Shown here one piece after another: positions 18,326 through 28,900 of a stretch of 64,000 nucleotides of DNA. The stretch spans positions 1 through 64,000 of IMG/VR virus record IMGVR_UViG_3300033273_000513; one strand, written 5' to 3'. Every line of letters starts with the position of its first letter. Within the stretch, counting starts at the first letter, position 1. Both the position numbers and the translations under genes were made by a program. Below the pieces are notes generated by a model. That model worked only from the letters and a program-made list of their open reading frames with translations, did not search any database and was not told the DNA's origin. Source of the stretch: a virus.

Positions 18326-20511
18326 TGCAACAATTCTCTAGTAATTTTTTTGGTAAAGACCCCTTCAAGTGGTGGATCGGTCAAGTGACTGATCCTAAGA
18401 AGGCTAATTGGACTACTGCTCTGCACACGTATGAAACAGAGTCTGGTGAAGAGGTCTATAGTCATCGTGCTAGAGTTCGTATTGTTGGTTATCACGATCC
18501 AGAACCTGATCTTCCAGACAAGGATCTTCCCTTAGCGCATGTTTTGTTACCTGCAAACATGTCTGTCACGGGTGGACAGGGTGAAAGCATGATGCTTCAG
18601 GGTGGAGAGACTGTTCTGGGATTTTTTGCTGATGGTGAAGATGGTCAACAACCCGTTGTTTTTGGAACTCTTTTCAAACAAGTTGCTGACCAATTAAGTG
18701 GTAATCAGTTTTATTCTAATGGACAAACGGAATTCATTCCGTATACTCCACCTGAGGTGAGACAGAAGATGGGTTTGCACACCATCAATCCAGCTACACA
18801 ACTAGGAAAGGTTACTCACACTGAAAATGTAAGAGACAAGGTACAATCTCATAAAGCAAAAGAACTTAATACAGATGAAACTGTAGATGCTAGAAGTCCG
18901 TGTGAGGATACTGAGATCGGTAGAATCACAAAGATGATTCAGGACTTCATCGCTAGACTTCGACAGGTTCAAAAAATTCAGAGTGTTTACATTGATCCAG
19001 TTGTTGGAAAGATCATTAACCTCAATGAGGAAGTAAAGACCGTTGTTTCTAGAGTCCACAGTTCGATGACGAACTTGGTTCGTCGTGCGAGAGCATGGAC
19101 TGTAAAAGAGATCTTAAAAAAATTAGACATAACATTTGGAGCTGTCGTTCCAAAACCACTTCAACCACAAACAGGTAAAGCTGTAAAATCTATCGTTGAT
19201 TTGATATTCTGTTTGTTTGAGAAAGTTGGTAAACAACTGAAAAACTATCTCAAAGATAGTATTGAAAATATGATCAACAGAGTTTTTGATGTACCTGCAT
19301 GTGCGATCGAAAACTTCCTTGGTGATATGTTTGGTCAGTTGTTCAATGTTTTAGACAACACTGTTGGTCCTCTTGTAGCTCAACTGAGTAATGTATTTGG
19401 TGGTGTTCTTGGAAATGTAAGTAGTATCATTTCGAAAGGAATCAAACTTGCAAACCTGTTCCTGAGTGTTCTTGCTTGTGATGGACTCAAGTGTCCTCCT
19501 GCTAACTCCTGGTCAAGTCGTTATGGTCCATACAAGAATGATATTGATAACTTTGACAAGATACTTCAGAAAGCAGATCTGAATCGTCTGGTGAATCCTC
19601 TTATTGAAGATATGGACAATGCTATTGATGCAGATCCAGTCGCTCCAGATTGTAGTACAAATGTCTTGAGATGTGGTCCACCTAGAGTTGACTTCTTTGG
19701 TGGTGATGGAAGTGGTGTAACTGGTAGTGCTGTTGTCAATGCTTTGGGTCAGATTATTGGTGTTGCGATTGATAACTCTGGTTTTGGATTTACATCTCCA
19801 CCACTAATCACATTTGTTGATGGATGTAGAAATGGATATGGTGCAGGTGGATATGCTGTCTTAGGTTCTGTATCACGAGTTCTTGATGAGAATGAAGAAC
19901 CAGTCTCTGATGATAATGGTAATCCATTATATGAACCAAATGAGTTTGGTGATGAACAAGGTGTTGTCGCTGTGACGATCGTATCTCCTGGTGAAGGTTT
20001 CTTACCTAATACTGTAGAAACCACATTTAGTGTTGATGATGATGGTAATGTAACTGAATCCACCACTGGTGTCACTGTTCCAGCCGCAGATGGTGATCTT
20101 CCTACTGGTGCAATAGCTCCTGATGGTGCGGGTGGCAATGGATCTGATGGTTCTACATCATATGTAACTGGACTTGATGATGTTGCAGTCATTGACACTG
20201 GATTTGGATATGATGATAACGACACTGCTGATGTGATGATTCCTGACGGTAATGGTGGTGAAGTTGTGGATGAGAGTGGTTCACAAGTTGAGTTGGATAT
20301 TTCTGATGGATTCATCATTGGTGCATCTGTCGTACCTGGTGGACAAGGATTTGGATTTACAGAACTTCCTAGAATCAGAATAAATAGTGATACTGGAGTT
20401 GGTGCTACTCTGCGACCTATTCTCAAGTTCACCAGAGTTGATGATGCTAACGCGTTAGCTGCAACGTCCCAAAATGCGGTACTAACTGTGATTGATTGTG
20501 TACAAAAATGA
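18325..20511 (+). CDS. gp5: baseplate hub/spike protein gp5 (OB-fold N-terminus)
   Basis: WWIGQV..RARVRIVGYH..LPLAHV..VLGFFADGEDGQQPVVFG. Confidence 0.85.
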   Translation: MQQFSSNFFGKDPFKWWIGQVTDPKKANWTTALHTYETESGEEVYSHRARVRIVGYHDPEPDLPDKDLPLAHVLLPANMSVTGGQGESMMLQGGETVLGFFADGEDGQQPVVFGTLFKQVADQLSGNQFYSNGQTEFIPYTPPEVRQKMGLHTINPATQLGKVTHTENVRDKVQSHKAKELNTDETVDARSPCEDTEIGRITKMIQDFIARLRQVQKIQSVYIDPVVGKIINLNEEVKTVVSRVHSSMTNLVRRARAWTVKEILKKLDITFGAVVPKPLQPQTGKAVKSIVDLIFCLFEKVGKQLKNYLKDSIENMINRVFDVPACAIENFLGDMFGQLFNVLDNTVGPLVAQLSNVFGGVLGNVSSIISKGIKLANLFLSVLACDGLKCPPANSWSSRYGPYKNDIDNFDKILQKADLNRLVNPLIEDMDNAIDADPVAPDCSTNVLRCGPPRVDFFGGDGSGVTGSAVVNALGQIIGVAIDNSGFGFTSPPLITFVDGCRNGYGAGGYAVLGSVSRVLDENEEPVSDDNGNPLYEPNEFGDEQGVVAVTIVSPGEGFLPNTVETTFSVDDDGNVTESTTGVTVPAADGDLPTGAIAPDGAGGNGSDGSTSYVTGLDDVAVIDTGFGYDDNDTADVMIPDGNGGEVVDESGSQVELDISDGFIIGASVVPGGQGFGFTELPRIRINSDTGVGATLRPILKFTRVDDANALAATSQNAVLTVIDCVQK

Positions 20512-21116
20512 GTAGAAGTAGTTTACCTATCGACGGAAAAGAGACCTACAGAAAGGCAGGTGTCCGTCACGCAGAACAGAGTGGTCAACCCAGTATTCAT
20601 GGAATGACTCTCTGGGATATTCAAACACAAGAGGGACAATCCTTAGGATTTTACTCTGGTATGGGTCAGGGAACTGACGGCACCAGCACTGGTAGTGGTC
20701 GGATGGTGATGAATACACCTGGACTTTCTATGGAAGTCTGTGGTTATGGTCTCAAATCTGGTCAAGAAAATAATCCTGGAAAATACATACACTGCAAACA
20801 TGGTGATGTTTGGATTAGTGCAGATGATGGTGATATTGTTCTCTCAGGAAAGAACGTTAGAATCTTTGCTGATGGTGCTGCACCTGATGGTGACTTCTCC
20901 GTTAATGCAAACAAAGTTGCAAACATCAAATCCCCAGACATCAGACTGCAAGGAGAGAAAATTGCGATCAATGGTAGTAATCAAATCAATATTATCTCTG
21001 AGGGTTTCTTTGAATTGAAATACAGTTTTCTGACAGCTGCATCTTCAGGTGATGTAACTTATGGTTCTCTATCTGGTATCCTTGGATCTATGGGACTTAG
21101 TGTACCTGGACTATGA
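20508..21116 (+). CDS. spike beta-helix-like virion protein
   Basis: Gly-rich repetitive beta strands (GDVWISADDGDIVLSGKNVRI) directly after gp5. Confidence 0.55.
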   Translation: MSRSSLPIDGKETYRKAGVRHAEQSGQPSIHGMTLWDIQTQEGQSLGFYSGMGQGTDGTSTGSGRMVMNTPGLSMEVCGYGLKSGQENNPGKYIHCKHGDVWISADDGDIVLSGKNVRIFADGAAPDGDFSVNANKVANIKSPDIRLQGEKIAINGSNQINIISEGFFELKYSFLTAASSGDVTYGSLSGILGSMGLSVPGL

Positions 21117-21925
21117 ATATATCTAGAGCACAAGCAGACAAACTTGTTGTAGGTACGACGGATGTGGGATATCTTCCCACAGATCGAAATCCAGTAGGAA
21201 CCACAGTTCTTAATGGTCCAGTTTTTGTTGGACTTCCTGTTGCAGCACCAATCTATAAAGCTGTATTGAATGTTGGACCTCCTGCGCCACCATCGTTACC
21301 TGGACTCAATCCACCATTGGTTACACCATTCTCTATGTGGGTGGATGGTTTAAGTATTCAGGTAGGCATTCACCTTCACCAAGGTATGCGTGTCCAGAAA
21401 GGACTGAACTTTGTCACTGGACAAAGAGTCACTAATGGATTTAACTTTACGAGTGGTGTTAATATAACAACTCGTTTGCTCATGGGCAGACCAGTTATAG
21501 AGGGTGGACATGTTTTGTCAGCTAAAAAGAACTTTGATATTCCTCATCCATCAAAGTCTGGACACAGACTGAGATATGTTTGTACAGAAACACCTGAAGC
21601 TGGTGTGTACATCAGAGGTAAATCTAGATCAGAAGTCATTGAACTTCCAGACCATTGGAAAGATCTTGTTCATGAGGACAGTATAACTGTCAATCTTACT
21701 CCTGTAGGAGCTTTTCAATATCTTTATGTACAAAGTGTCAAGGATAATAAAATTACTATTGGCGGGGGATTGCCATTTAATGGTGAAATAAAGTATAACT
21801 ATCATTACACTGTCTTTGCAGAACGGAAAGACTGTGAGAGAAATATCTCTGAGTACGAAGGAGAATCACCAAAAGATTATCCTGGTGATAGTGATCAGTG
21901 TTCTGTTGCTGGTTGGGATTATTAA
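21113..21925 (+). CDS. virion structural protein
   Basis: KNFDIPHP..HRLRYVCTETPEAGVYIRG..IELPDHW domain typical of phage spike/fibre C-termini. Confidence 0.6.
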   Translation: MNISRAQADKLVVGTTDVGYLPTDRNPVGTTVLNGPVFVGLPVAAPIYKAVLNVGPPAPPSLPGLNPPLVTPFSMWVDGLSIQVGIHLHQGMRVQKGLNFVTGQRVTNGFNFTSGVNITTRLLMGRPVIEGGHVLSAKKNFDIPHPSKSGHRLRYVCTETPEAGVYIRGKSRSEVIELPDHWKDLVHEDSITVNLTPVGAFQYLYVQSVKDNKITIGGGLPFNGEIKYNYHYTVFAERKDCERNISEYEGESPKDYPGDSDQCSVAGWDY

Positions 21926-21933
21926 GGAGAACT

Positions 21934-22755
21934 ATGTCTGAAAAAACTGATAATATCCTGAAGGGATTTAAAAAGACTAAAGATCAAAACGCAGTGACTG
22001 TTGAACAGGGTAAGTTTTTGATTGATGGATTTGATGGTGTTGATAATCCAGAACTTCTCCCTTTTACGAGGAAAGATATTGAGGATGCAAAAGAACAAGG
22101 AAATGAGCTTGATCCTCCTTTACAAGAAAGGATTGATGACTATACTCCTTTTACCAGAAACATTGACAATCGATTAGTCACCATTGCGTCTAATATCACA
22201 ACACTTAAGACTGAGATTAAAGATTTGATTGTGCAAGCTGTTGGTAGCAACCCTAATGGTGGTTGTGGAACTACAACGGGATTATGCACAGCTTATTCTG
22301 GTGGAATTTCAAGTTGTCTTGCGGGTTATGAACAGTTGACGGATGACTTATTTCAAGTCAGAGTTCAAAACATGAGTTCTCGTTCATATACTGGTCTTTC
22401 CCCAGAAGATTATAGTACAAATACATTATCCTCTTCTAATGCTGGTATTGGATCTTTCAATAGTCTGACCAAGGATGGTGGGACTGGAATCGGTTATACT
22501 GTAACGATTAGTTCATCAGGAGGTTGTGCAACATATTACAATCAAGTTACCGCAAAGTTTGGTGAGATCGATACTCTTCGTGCAGAAGCGGATAATTTGA
22601 TTAGTAATGTTAATACTGCAAAACGAGAAAGAGGTAAACTTGAAATCGAAAGATGGGGTATACTATACAATAACCAACAAGCTTCCGATGAGAACTCCCG
22701 TTTAGACTCTACAGCTTCTTCAATTCAATCTGACACTATTCAATCTTTCGCATGA
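21934..22755 (+). CDS. hypothetical (probably virion) protein
   Basis: AAGGAG RBS before ATG 21934. Confidence 0.6.
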   Translation: MSEKTDNILKGFKKTKDQNAVTVEQGKFLIDGFDGVDNPELLPFTRKDIEDAKEQGNELDPPLQERIDDYTPFTRNIDNRLVTIASNITTLKTEIKDLIVQAVGSNPNGGCGTTTGLCTAYSGGISSCLAGYEQLTDDLFQVRVQNMSSRSYTGLSPEDYSTNTLSSSNAGIGSFNSLTKDGGTGIGYTVTISSSGGCATYYNQVTAKFGEIDTLRAEADNLISNVNTAKRERGKLEIERWGILYNNQQASDENSRLDSTASSIQSDTIQSFA

Positions 22756-22904
22756 GAACTGAAACTCGTAAATCTATGGAAATGCTTTGGTCTGCAAAGT
22801 GGAACTTGCCAAAAGCAGCTGAGTATTGTAATCTGAGTAACAAGGAGATGAAGATTACTTTTAATGAGTATTGTCATTTCCATCCTCCCACTTGGAAGGA
22901 GTGA
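22752..22904 (+). CDS. small hypothetical protein (MRTETRKSMEMLWSAKWNLPKAA...)
   Basis: ATGA-coupled 50-aa ORF, absent from the ORF track. Confidence 0.6.
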   Translation: MRTETRKSMEMLWSAKWNLPKAAEYCNLSNKEMKITFNEYCHFHPPTWKE

Positions 22905-22929
22905 TTTTTCGGGGAGAAATCCCACTTTT

Positions 22930-23004
22930 GCGCGAGTAGTCCAACAGGCAGGAGACACCAAACTTAAAATTTGTACAGTGCGGGTTCAAATCCCGCCTCG
23001 CGCA
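22930..23004 (+). tRNA. trnL: tRNA-Leu (anticodon TAA)
   Basis: Acceptor GCGCGAG/CTCGCGC plus discriminator A, anticodon loop CTTAAAA, T arm GCGGG-TTCAAAT-CCCGC; no encoded CCA. Confidence 0.9.
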
Positions 23005-23041
23005 GTGTTAAACAGTAGACAATACTAAATAATAACAGTAT

Positions 23042-23515
23042 ATGTCTTCTGTTATGGCAAAATCTAGAAATTACACTAATGAACAATTTGTGGAAGCAGT
23101 TGCGAATAGTGGTAGTGTCCGCCAAGTTCTACAAAAACTGAATTTGAGAGAAGCTGGAGGAAACTACCAGTGTGCCAAAGAACGTATTAGACAGTTAAAT
23201 TTAGATATTTCTCATTTTCACGGACAAGCGTGGAATAAAGGTAAAACCTTACCTAAAAAGCAACCTCTAGAAACATATCTTGTGGAGAATAGGCTGGTTC
23301 AGTCAAATAACCTCAAAAAGCGCCTTATCAAAGAGGGCGTCAAAGAGCACAGGTGTGAAATGTGCGGCATCACAGAGTGGAACGGGCAACCTACCCCAAT
23401 AGAACTTGACCATATTGATGGAAACCGATATAATAACACCATAGAGAATTTACGTATTCTCTGCCCTAACTGTCATGCTCAAACCGATACATATAGGGGT
23501 CGTAATAAGCACTAA
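23042..23515 (+). CDS. HNH endonuclease (start 23042 or 23054)
   Basis: CEMCG..IELDHIDGNRYNNTIENLRILCPNCHAQT. Confidence 0.88.
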   Translation: MSSVMAKSRNYTNEQFVEAVANSGSVRQVLQKLNLREAGGNYQCAKERIRQLNLDISHFHGQAWNKGKTLPKKQPLETYLVENRLVQSNNLKKRLIKEGVKEHRCEMCGITEWNGQPTPIELDHIDGNRYNNTIENLRILCPNCHAQTDTYRGRNKH

Positions 23516-23541
23516 ATACGTTTAAGGTGTGAACTAAATCT

Positions 23542-23811
23542 ATGAAATACCGTATCGACACAAGATATGTCTGGTTCAACAAGAAAACCCAGATCGTGTT
23601 GATGTATTTCATGGAGAGTGTGCCATTCACATTCGATGATATTCCTGAGGAATATATCGATGATACGGATGTCAAGGAACTCGCAGACATGGAAAATTCA
23701 TACGAACCAGAGGATTTGTATACTTCTTCGTCATATTTGATTGAAGAAGGATGCCATCCGCTCATCAACGATGTAGAGTTGAAGAATCCTGAATCACTTC
23801 CAGTTGACTGA
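23542..23811 (+). CDS. conserved hypothetical protein
   Basis: VPFTFDD..YLIEEGCHPL; late promoter TAAATA at 23513. Confidence 0.7.
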   Translation: MKYRIDTRYVWFNKKTQIVLMYFMESVPFTFDDIPEEYIDDTDVKELADMENSYEPEDLYTSSSYLIEEGCHPLINDVELKNPESLPVD

Positions 23812-23981
23812 TGAAGATTAATCTCTGGTATTCAAAGAGTATGAAGAAGTGGCGTTGGACACTTGTAGAAGAGTGGAGAAATGGCGTCACCAAAACAGAA
23901 CAACATTCTGGACAACAACCAATGTTGCGGGATGCGATGGAAGATGTTGCGAACACCGTGGAGTATATCCTGAATAAATAA
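23811..23981 (+). CDS. small hypothetical protein (MKINLWYSKSMKKWRWTL...)
   Basis: TGATG-coupled 56-aa ORF, absent from the ORF track. Confidence 0.6.
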   Translation: MKINLWYSKSMKKWRWTLVEEWRNGVTKTEQHSGQQPMLRDAMEDVANTVEYILNK

Positions 23982-23999
23982 CTAAAAAAGTGTAGCATA

Positions 24000-25952
24000 A
24001 TGGCTCTTACAAAGGTCACTGGACAAGTTGTAAATACTAGCACTGACCTGACAGTTGGTGTTCTGACTGCGACAACTGCCACATTCACTGGGAATGTTTC
24101 GGTTGGTGGAACTTTAACATATGAGGATGTAACCAACGTAGACTCTGTTGGTTTGATTACTGCAAGAAATGGTATTAGTGTTACTGGTAGTAATATAAGT
24201 GTTGAGTCAAGTGAAGATAGACTTCTTTATCTGAAGTCAACAGATGCAAACGCATATCTTACTTTTGAGGACACTGATAGTTCAAGTGGTTTCGCTAATA
24301 GAATTGGAAGCGTAAGTGATGGACTTTACTTCAGTACAGGTGGAGGTGGAGAAAGAGCTCGTATAGATTCGAGTGGTCGGTTGCTCCTTGGCACCACGAC
24401 TGAAGGAAACTCTGGTGCTGATGATTTAACGATTGCTACCAGTGGTAATACTGGGATAACAATTAGGAGTGGAACTTCAGATTATGGAAACATATATTAT
24501 TCTGATGCAACTTCTGGTACTGGTGAATATGCTGGATATGTAAGTTATCAGCACTCTACGAATTCTCTACAGTTTGCAACCGCATCAACAGAAAGAGCTC
24601 GTATAGATTCAAGTGGTAATTTTGGCCTTGGAACGACAAGTGCTGGTGCGTTGTTACATATAGAAAGTAACAGTGCAGACGCAGCAAAACTACGTCTTGG
24701 TTTTGATTCCACAAGATACTACGATATTTTTCGAAAAAGCTCTGACGGAAGCGGCGACCTATATTTTTATGGCTCTCAGTCAGGTTATAATGGATTTGTA
24801 TTTGATACCGTAGATGGCGAGAGGATGCGAATCGACAGCTCGGGCCGGTTGTTGGTGGGGACGACTAGCGCAACTAAAAACGCTGACAGATTATCTGGCA
24901 ATGCTCTTGCACTCGTTGATGTTGGCGCTAGTAACTATCCAAGCGTAGTTGTTACTGGATATGCAAATGCGAACGCAGATGCGGCGCCAATTATTGAAAT
25001 GCAAAAAAGTCGTGGCGCTAGCGATGGCAGCATGACTGTCGTTGCAAACAATGATCGACTAGGCAGTTTCAATTTTTTAGGATCAGACGGTACAAATTTC
25101 ATCCGCGCTGCTGAAATTAAGGGGCAAGTAGACGGCACGCCTGGTACAAACGACATGCCAGGGCGGTTGGTGTTTGCCACCTCAGCGGACGGTTCTGCCA
25201 GCCCGACCGAGCGGATGAGGATCAATTCAAATGGTTTTACAAAATTTACAAATACTGGCTCTTATGTGCAAGGTGGAGAATTTTCTTACCATGAGTTTTT
25301 GCATAATATTAATGGTCTTGGCCTTGTTTTAACGTGCACAAATGCAAGTTATACTTCTGACGTTCTTTATGTGCAAGCCTCAAGAACTGGATCTAGCGCA
25401 TACAATTTAGCTACTTTTAGATCAAATCTTGGTGCTGATATTGAATTCAAATTACGCGGTGATGGTAATGCCTATGCAGACGGTTCTTGGAACGGCGGTG
25501 GTGCTGACTACGCTGAATTCTTTGAATGGTCTGATGGCAACGCAAACGCAGAAGATCGCCGTGGTATCAGTGTTGTTTTAGACGGCGACAAGATCCGCGA
25601 GGCTGTTACTGGTGAAGAACCCATCGGCGTTATTTCTGGTAATCCCAGTGTTGTCGGTGACGCAGATATTGACCGTTGGAAGGGCAAATATCTCCGTGAT
25701 GACTACGGCACCTACATTCAAGAGGACTACGAGGTTGAGGATGATGATGGAAACACTATCGTTCAACAACGCCGCAAACTCAATCCTGACCACAACCCTG
25801 ACCTTGAATACATTCCCCGCGAAAATCGCCCAGAATGGGATTGTGTTGGTCTAATGGGTAAAATTCGCATCCGTAAAGGTCAGATCACTGGTTCACGTTG
25901 GATCAAGATGCGGGATGTCAGCGACACTGTTGAAGAGTGGTTGGTCCGCTAG
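24000..25952 (+). CDS. tail fibre with C-terminal autocleaving chaperone (Peptidase G2/IMC-like)
   Basis: ERxRIDSSG repeats; GADYAEFFEW..PIGVISGNP..PEWDCVGLMGKIR. Confidence 0.8.
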   Translation: MALTKVTGQVVNTSTDLTVGVLTATTATFTGNVSVGGTLTYEDVTNVDSVGLITARNGISVTGSNISVESSEDRLLYLKSTDANAYLTFEDTDSSSGFANRIGSVSDGLYFSTGGGGERARIDSSGRLLLGTTTEGNSGADDLTIATSGNTGITIRSGTSDYGNIYYSDATSGTGEYAGYVSYQHSTNSLQFATASTERARIDSSGNFGLGTTSAGALLHIESNSADAAKLRLGFDSTRYYDIFRKSSDGSGDLYFYGSQSGYNGFVFDTVDGERMRIDSSGRLLVGTTSATKNADRLSGNALALVDVGASNYPSVVVTGYANANADAAPIIEMQKSRGASDGSMTVVANNDRLGSFNFLGSDGTNFIRAAEIKGQVDGTPGTNDMPGRLVFATSADGSASPTERMRINSNGFTKFTNTGSYVQGGEFSYHEFLHNINGLGLVLTCTNASYTSDVLYVQASRTGSSAYNLATFRSNLGADIEFKLRGDGNAYADGSWNGGGADYAEFFEWSDGNANAEDRRGISVVLDGDKIREAVTGEEPIGVISGNPSVVGDADIDRWKGKYLRDDYGTYIQEDYEVEDDDGNTIVQQRRKLNPDHNPDLEYIPRENRPEWDCVGLMGKIRIRKGQITGSRWIKMRDVSDTVEEWLVR

Positions 25953-25982
25953 GTTGATAAATAACTAAAAAACTGTAGTAAG

Positions 25983-28900
25983 ATGCCATACATTGGACAG
26001 CCACCCGTATCAGGTGACACTACGAAGAGTTTTAGATTACTTGATAATCTAGCCTCTTTCACTTTAACATTCGATGCTACGAGTAGTAGTGTTGTTGACA
26101 CAACAGCGAACACTCTGACGTTTGCAAATCATAGATTCGTAACTGCACAGAGAGTTACTTATACTGATGGAGGTGGAACTGCAATCGGTGGATTGACCGA
26201 TGGAACGGCATATTTCGTTATCAAGGTTGATCAGAACACGATTCAACTCGCTTCGAGTGCATCGAACGCAAACAATAGTACAGCTATCAGTCTGTCTTCT
26301 GGTGCAGCAGGTGGATCGCACACACTGAATCTTGCATTTGACGGCACAAACACTAAGTTCAAAGCCACCTACGGAAACGGAACCAAAGCAAAGATCAGTC
26401 GTGCTGGTCAACTTCTGATTTCTATCAATGGTGTTCTTCAACAAGCACAAGAATCTTCTACACCAACGTTAGGTTTTGGTCTGGATTCTGACTCTACGAT
26501 TGTATTCAGTCAAGCTCCTGTATCGACTGATGTTCTGTTTGGTCAGATTCTTGCTGACACCATTACAAACTTTGACACACAAGATAACACTCTTGATGTC
26601 TTCACAGGTGACGGTAGCACCACAACATTCAATCTTTCCAAGAAACCTGCAAGTAATAACGATATTCTGGTCACTCTGGACGGTGTTGTTCAGTATCCAA
26701 CCACAACTTCTACGTCTAATGCATACAGTGTCACTGAAAGTACACTGACATTTACTGCTGCACCTGCTGATGGTGTAGCTATTCAAGTTCGTCATATTGG
26801 TTTTGCTGGTGCAACATCGAGTGCTGTCACTGGACTGTATGGTAGAACTGGTAATGTAACTCTGAGTAGTTCTGATGATGATATTACAGTCGGTAATGTC
26901 ACCGCAGGTATCATCACCGCAACTTCTTATGGTTCTATCAGTGGTACGACTGCATCATTCAGTGGTAACGTATCTATTGGTGGCACATTAACTTACGAAG
27001 ATGTAACTAATATTGATTCGGTAGGTCTGATTACGGCAAGAAATGGAATCAAGGTTGATGATTTAGGTGTTCAGGTAGGAACTGGTGCGACTGTAGATAG
27101 TGCTGCTGCCAATACTCTAACTTTCTTGACGAATGGTAGTGAAAGACTTCGTATTGACGGATCAGGCAACTTTGGAATTGCAGAAAGCAGCCCATCGACC
27201 CATTCAGCTGGAAGTGGGATACCAACTCTTGTCTTAAAAGGCAACAATGCAAGCTTTACAGATAGAAGTGGCGCTGTTGCTTTTGTCAGTCAAGACGACG
27301 GAAGTACCTCAAGAACGTGGATGTACCACGACACGGATTTTAACATTCAAAGCACTACAGCAACAAATATCAAGGTTCACACAAACAATACCGAGCGTCT
27401 ACGCATTGACAGTTCAGGTCGATTGCTCCTGGGCACGACGACTGAAGGTCACACTAATGCGGACAACTTTACGCTTTCAGATAGCGGCAGTTGCGGATTG
27501 TCGATAAGAAGTGGCACGAGTAATTTTGGTAGAATTTATTTCTCAGATGGTACTAGCGGAGACGATGAGTATCGAGGAATTATTCAATACGACCACAGCA
27601 ATAATCGAATGCAGTTTGCGGCTAATGCCTCAACTACAATGACTATTGACAGCTCAGGCCGTATAGGAATGGGCAACGACTCTCCTGGAAGTTACAGTGC
27701 CGTTGCTGATGATCTAGTTGTTGGTAATCATAGTGGTGCTCACGGAATTACTATTGCCGCTGAAAATAACAATACAGCATATTTGAGATTTGCTGACGGA
27801 ACTGCTAACTCCGGCCAACAAGCAAATGGACAAATTGCATATAGTCATGCAGATCTCTCGATGAGATTTAATGTCGATGCATCAGAACGGATGCGTATCG
27901 ACAGCTCGGGCAATCTTGGCATTGGCGAATCGTCTCCAGACACAACTCTGCATATTGATAGTGGAAGCACACCAACCACACTCAAAATTTCTTCAAACAC
28001 TGAATCTTCTATTGATTTTGAAGATAAGGGGGGCAGCGCAAATCGATACAAGATTGGCACAAACATAAGCAGCAATGACGGTCAGTTTGAGTTAAAAGAT
28101 ATGACCGCAAATGCTGAGCGGCTGCGTATCGACAGCTCTGGGAATGTTGGACTCGGAAGAAATAGTGCCTCTAGTCGGTTACATATAGCAACATCAGTTG
28201 CAAACGCTTCTTCACCAGTTGGGATGCAGATTGGCAATGATGGAAGCGGATCAGGAACAGGAGCCAGTATTAGTCTTGGTGCTGGCAACGCAGCAGCAAG
28301 CACTGCCGGGAATATAGCCGGGTTTTACGATGGCACAGGAACGGCACTATCTTTTAACACTTCTAGTAGCTACGGGGTTAGTGTGTATTCCGAGCGGATG
28401 CGCATCGACAGCTCTGGCCGGTTGTTGGTTGGTCATACTTCTGCCCGCACGAACTTTATTACAACAACGCTTCAATCACAAATTGCAGTTGAAGGCGGTT
28501 ATACGCCGTATATTTCAGCAACCAAAAGTACAAACGATCCGTATGAACCATACTTTCTTTTAGCTAAAACAAGAGGTTCGGTTGGCGGTAACACTATTGT
28601 CCAAAACAATGACGGTTTGGGCACTATCATGTTCCACGGAGCTGACGGTTCAACCCTACGACAAGGTGCATATATTGCAGCGTATGTAGACGGCACCCCT
28701 GGCGCTGACGACATGCCGGGACGCTTAGTGTTCGCCACTACTGCCGACGGTTCGGGCGCTGCGACCGAGCGGATGCGCATTCAGAATGATGGTTTATGCA
28801 GAGCTTATTCAAACGGCGATGGCTTTATTGCGGCATCAAATCAATCAGCTGGTACAGCATTTGCGACACTCGTTGGGCGTCATAGCGCAACATCCACAAC

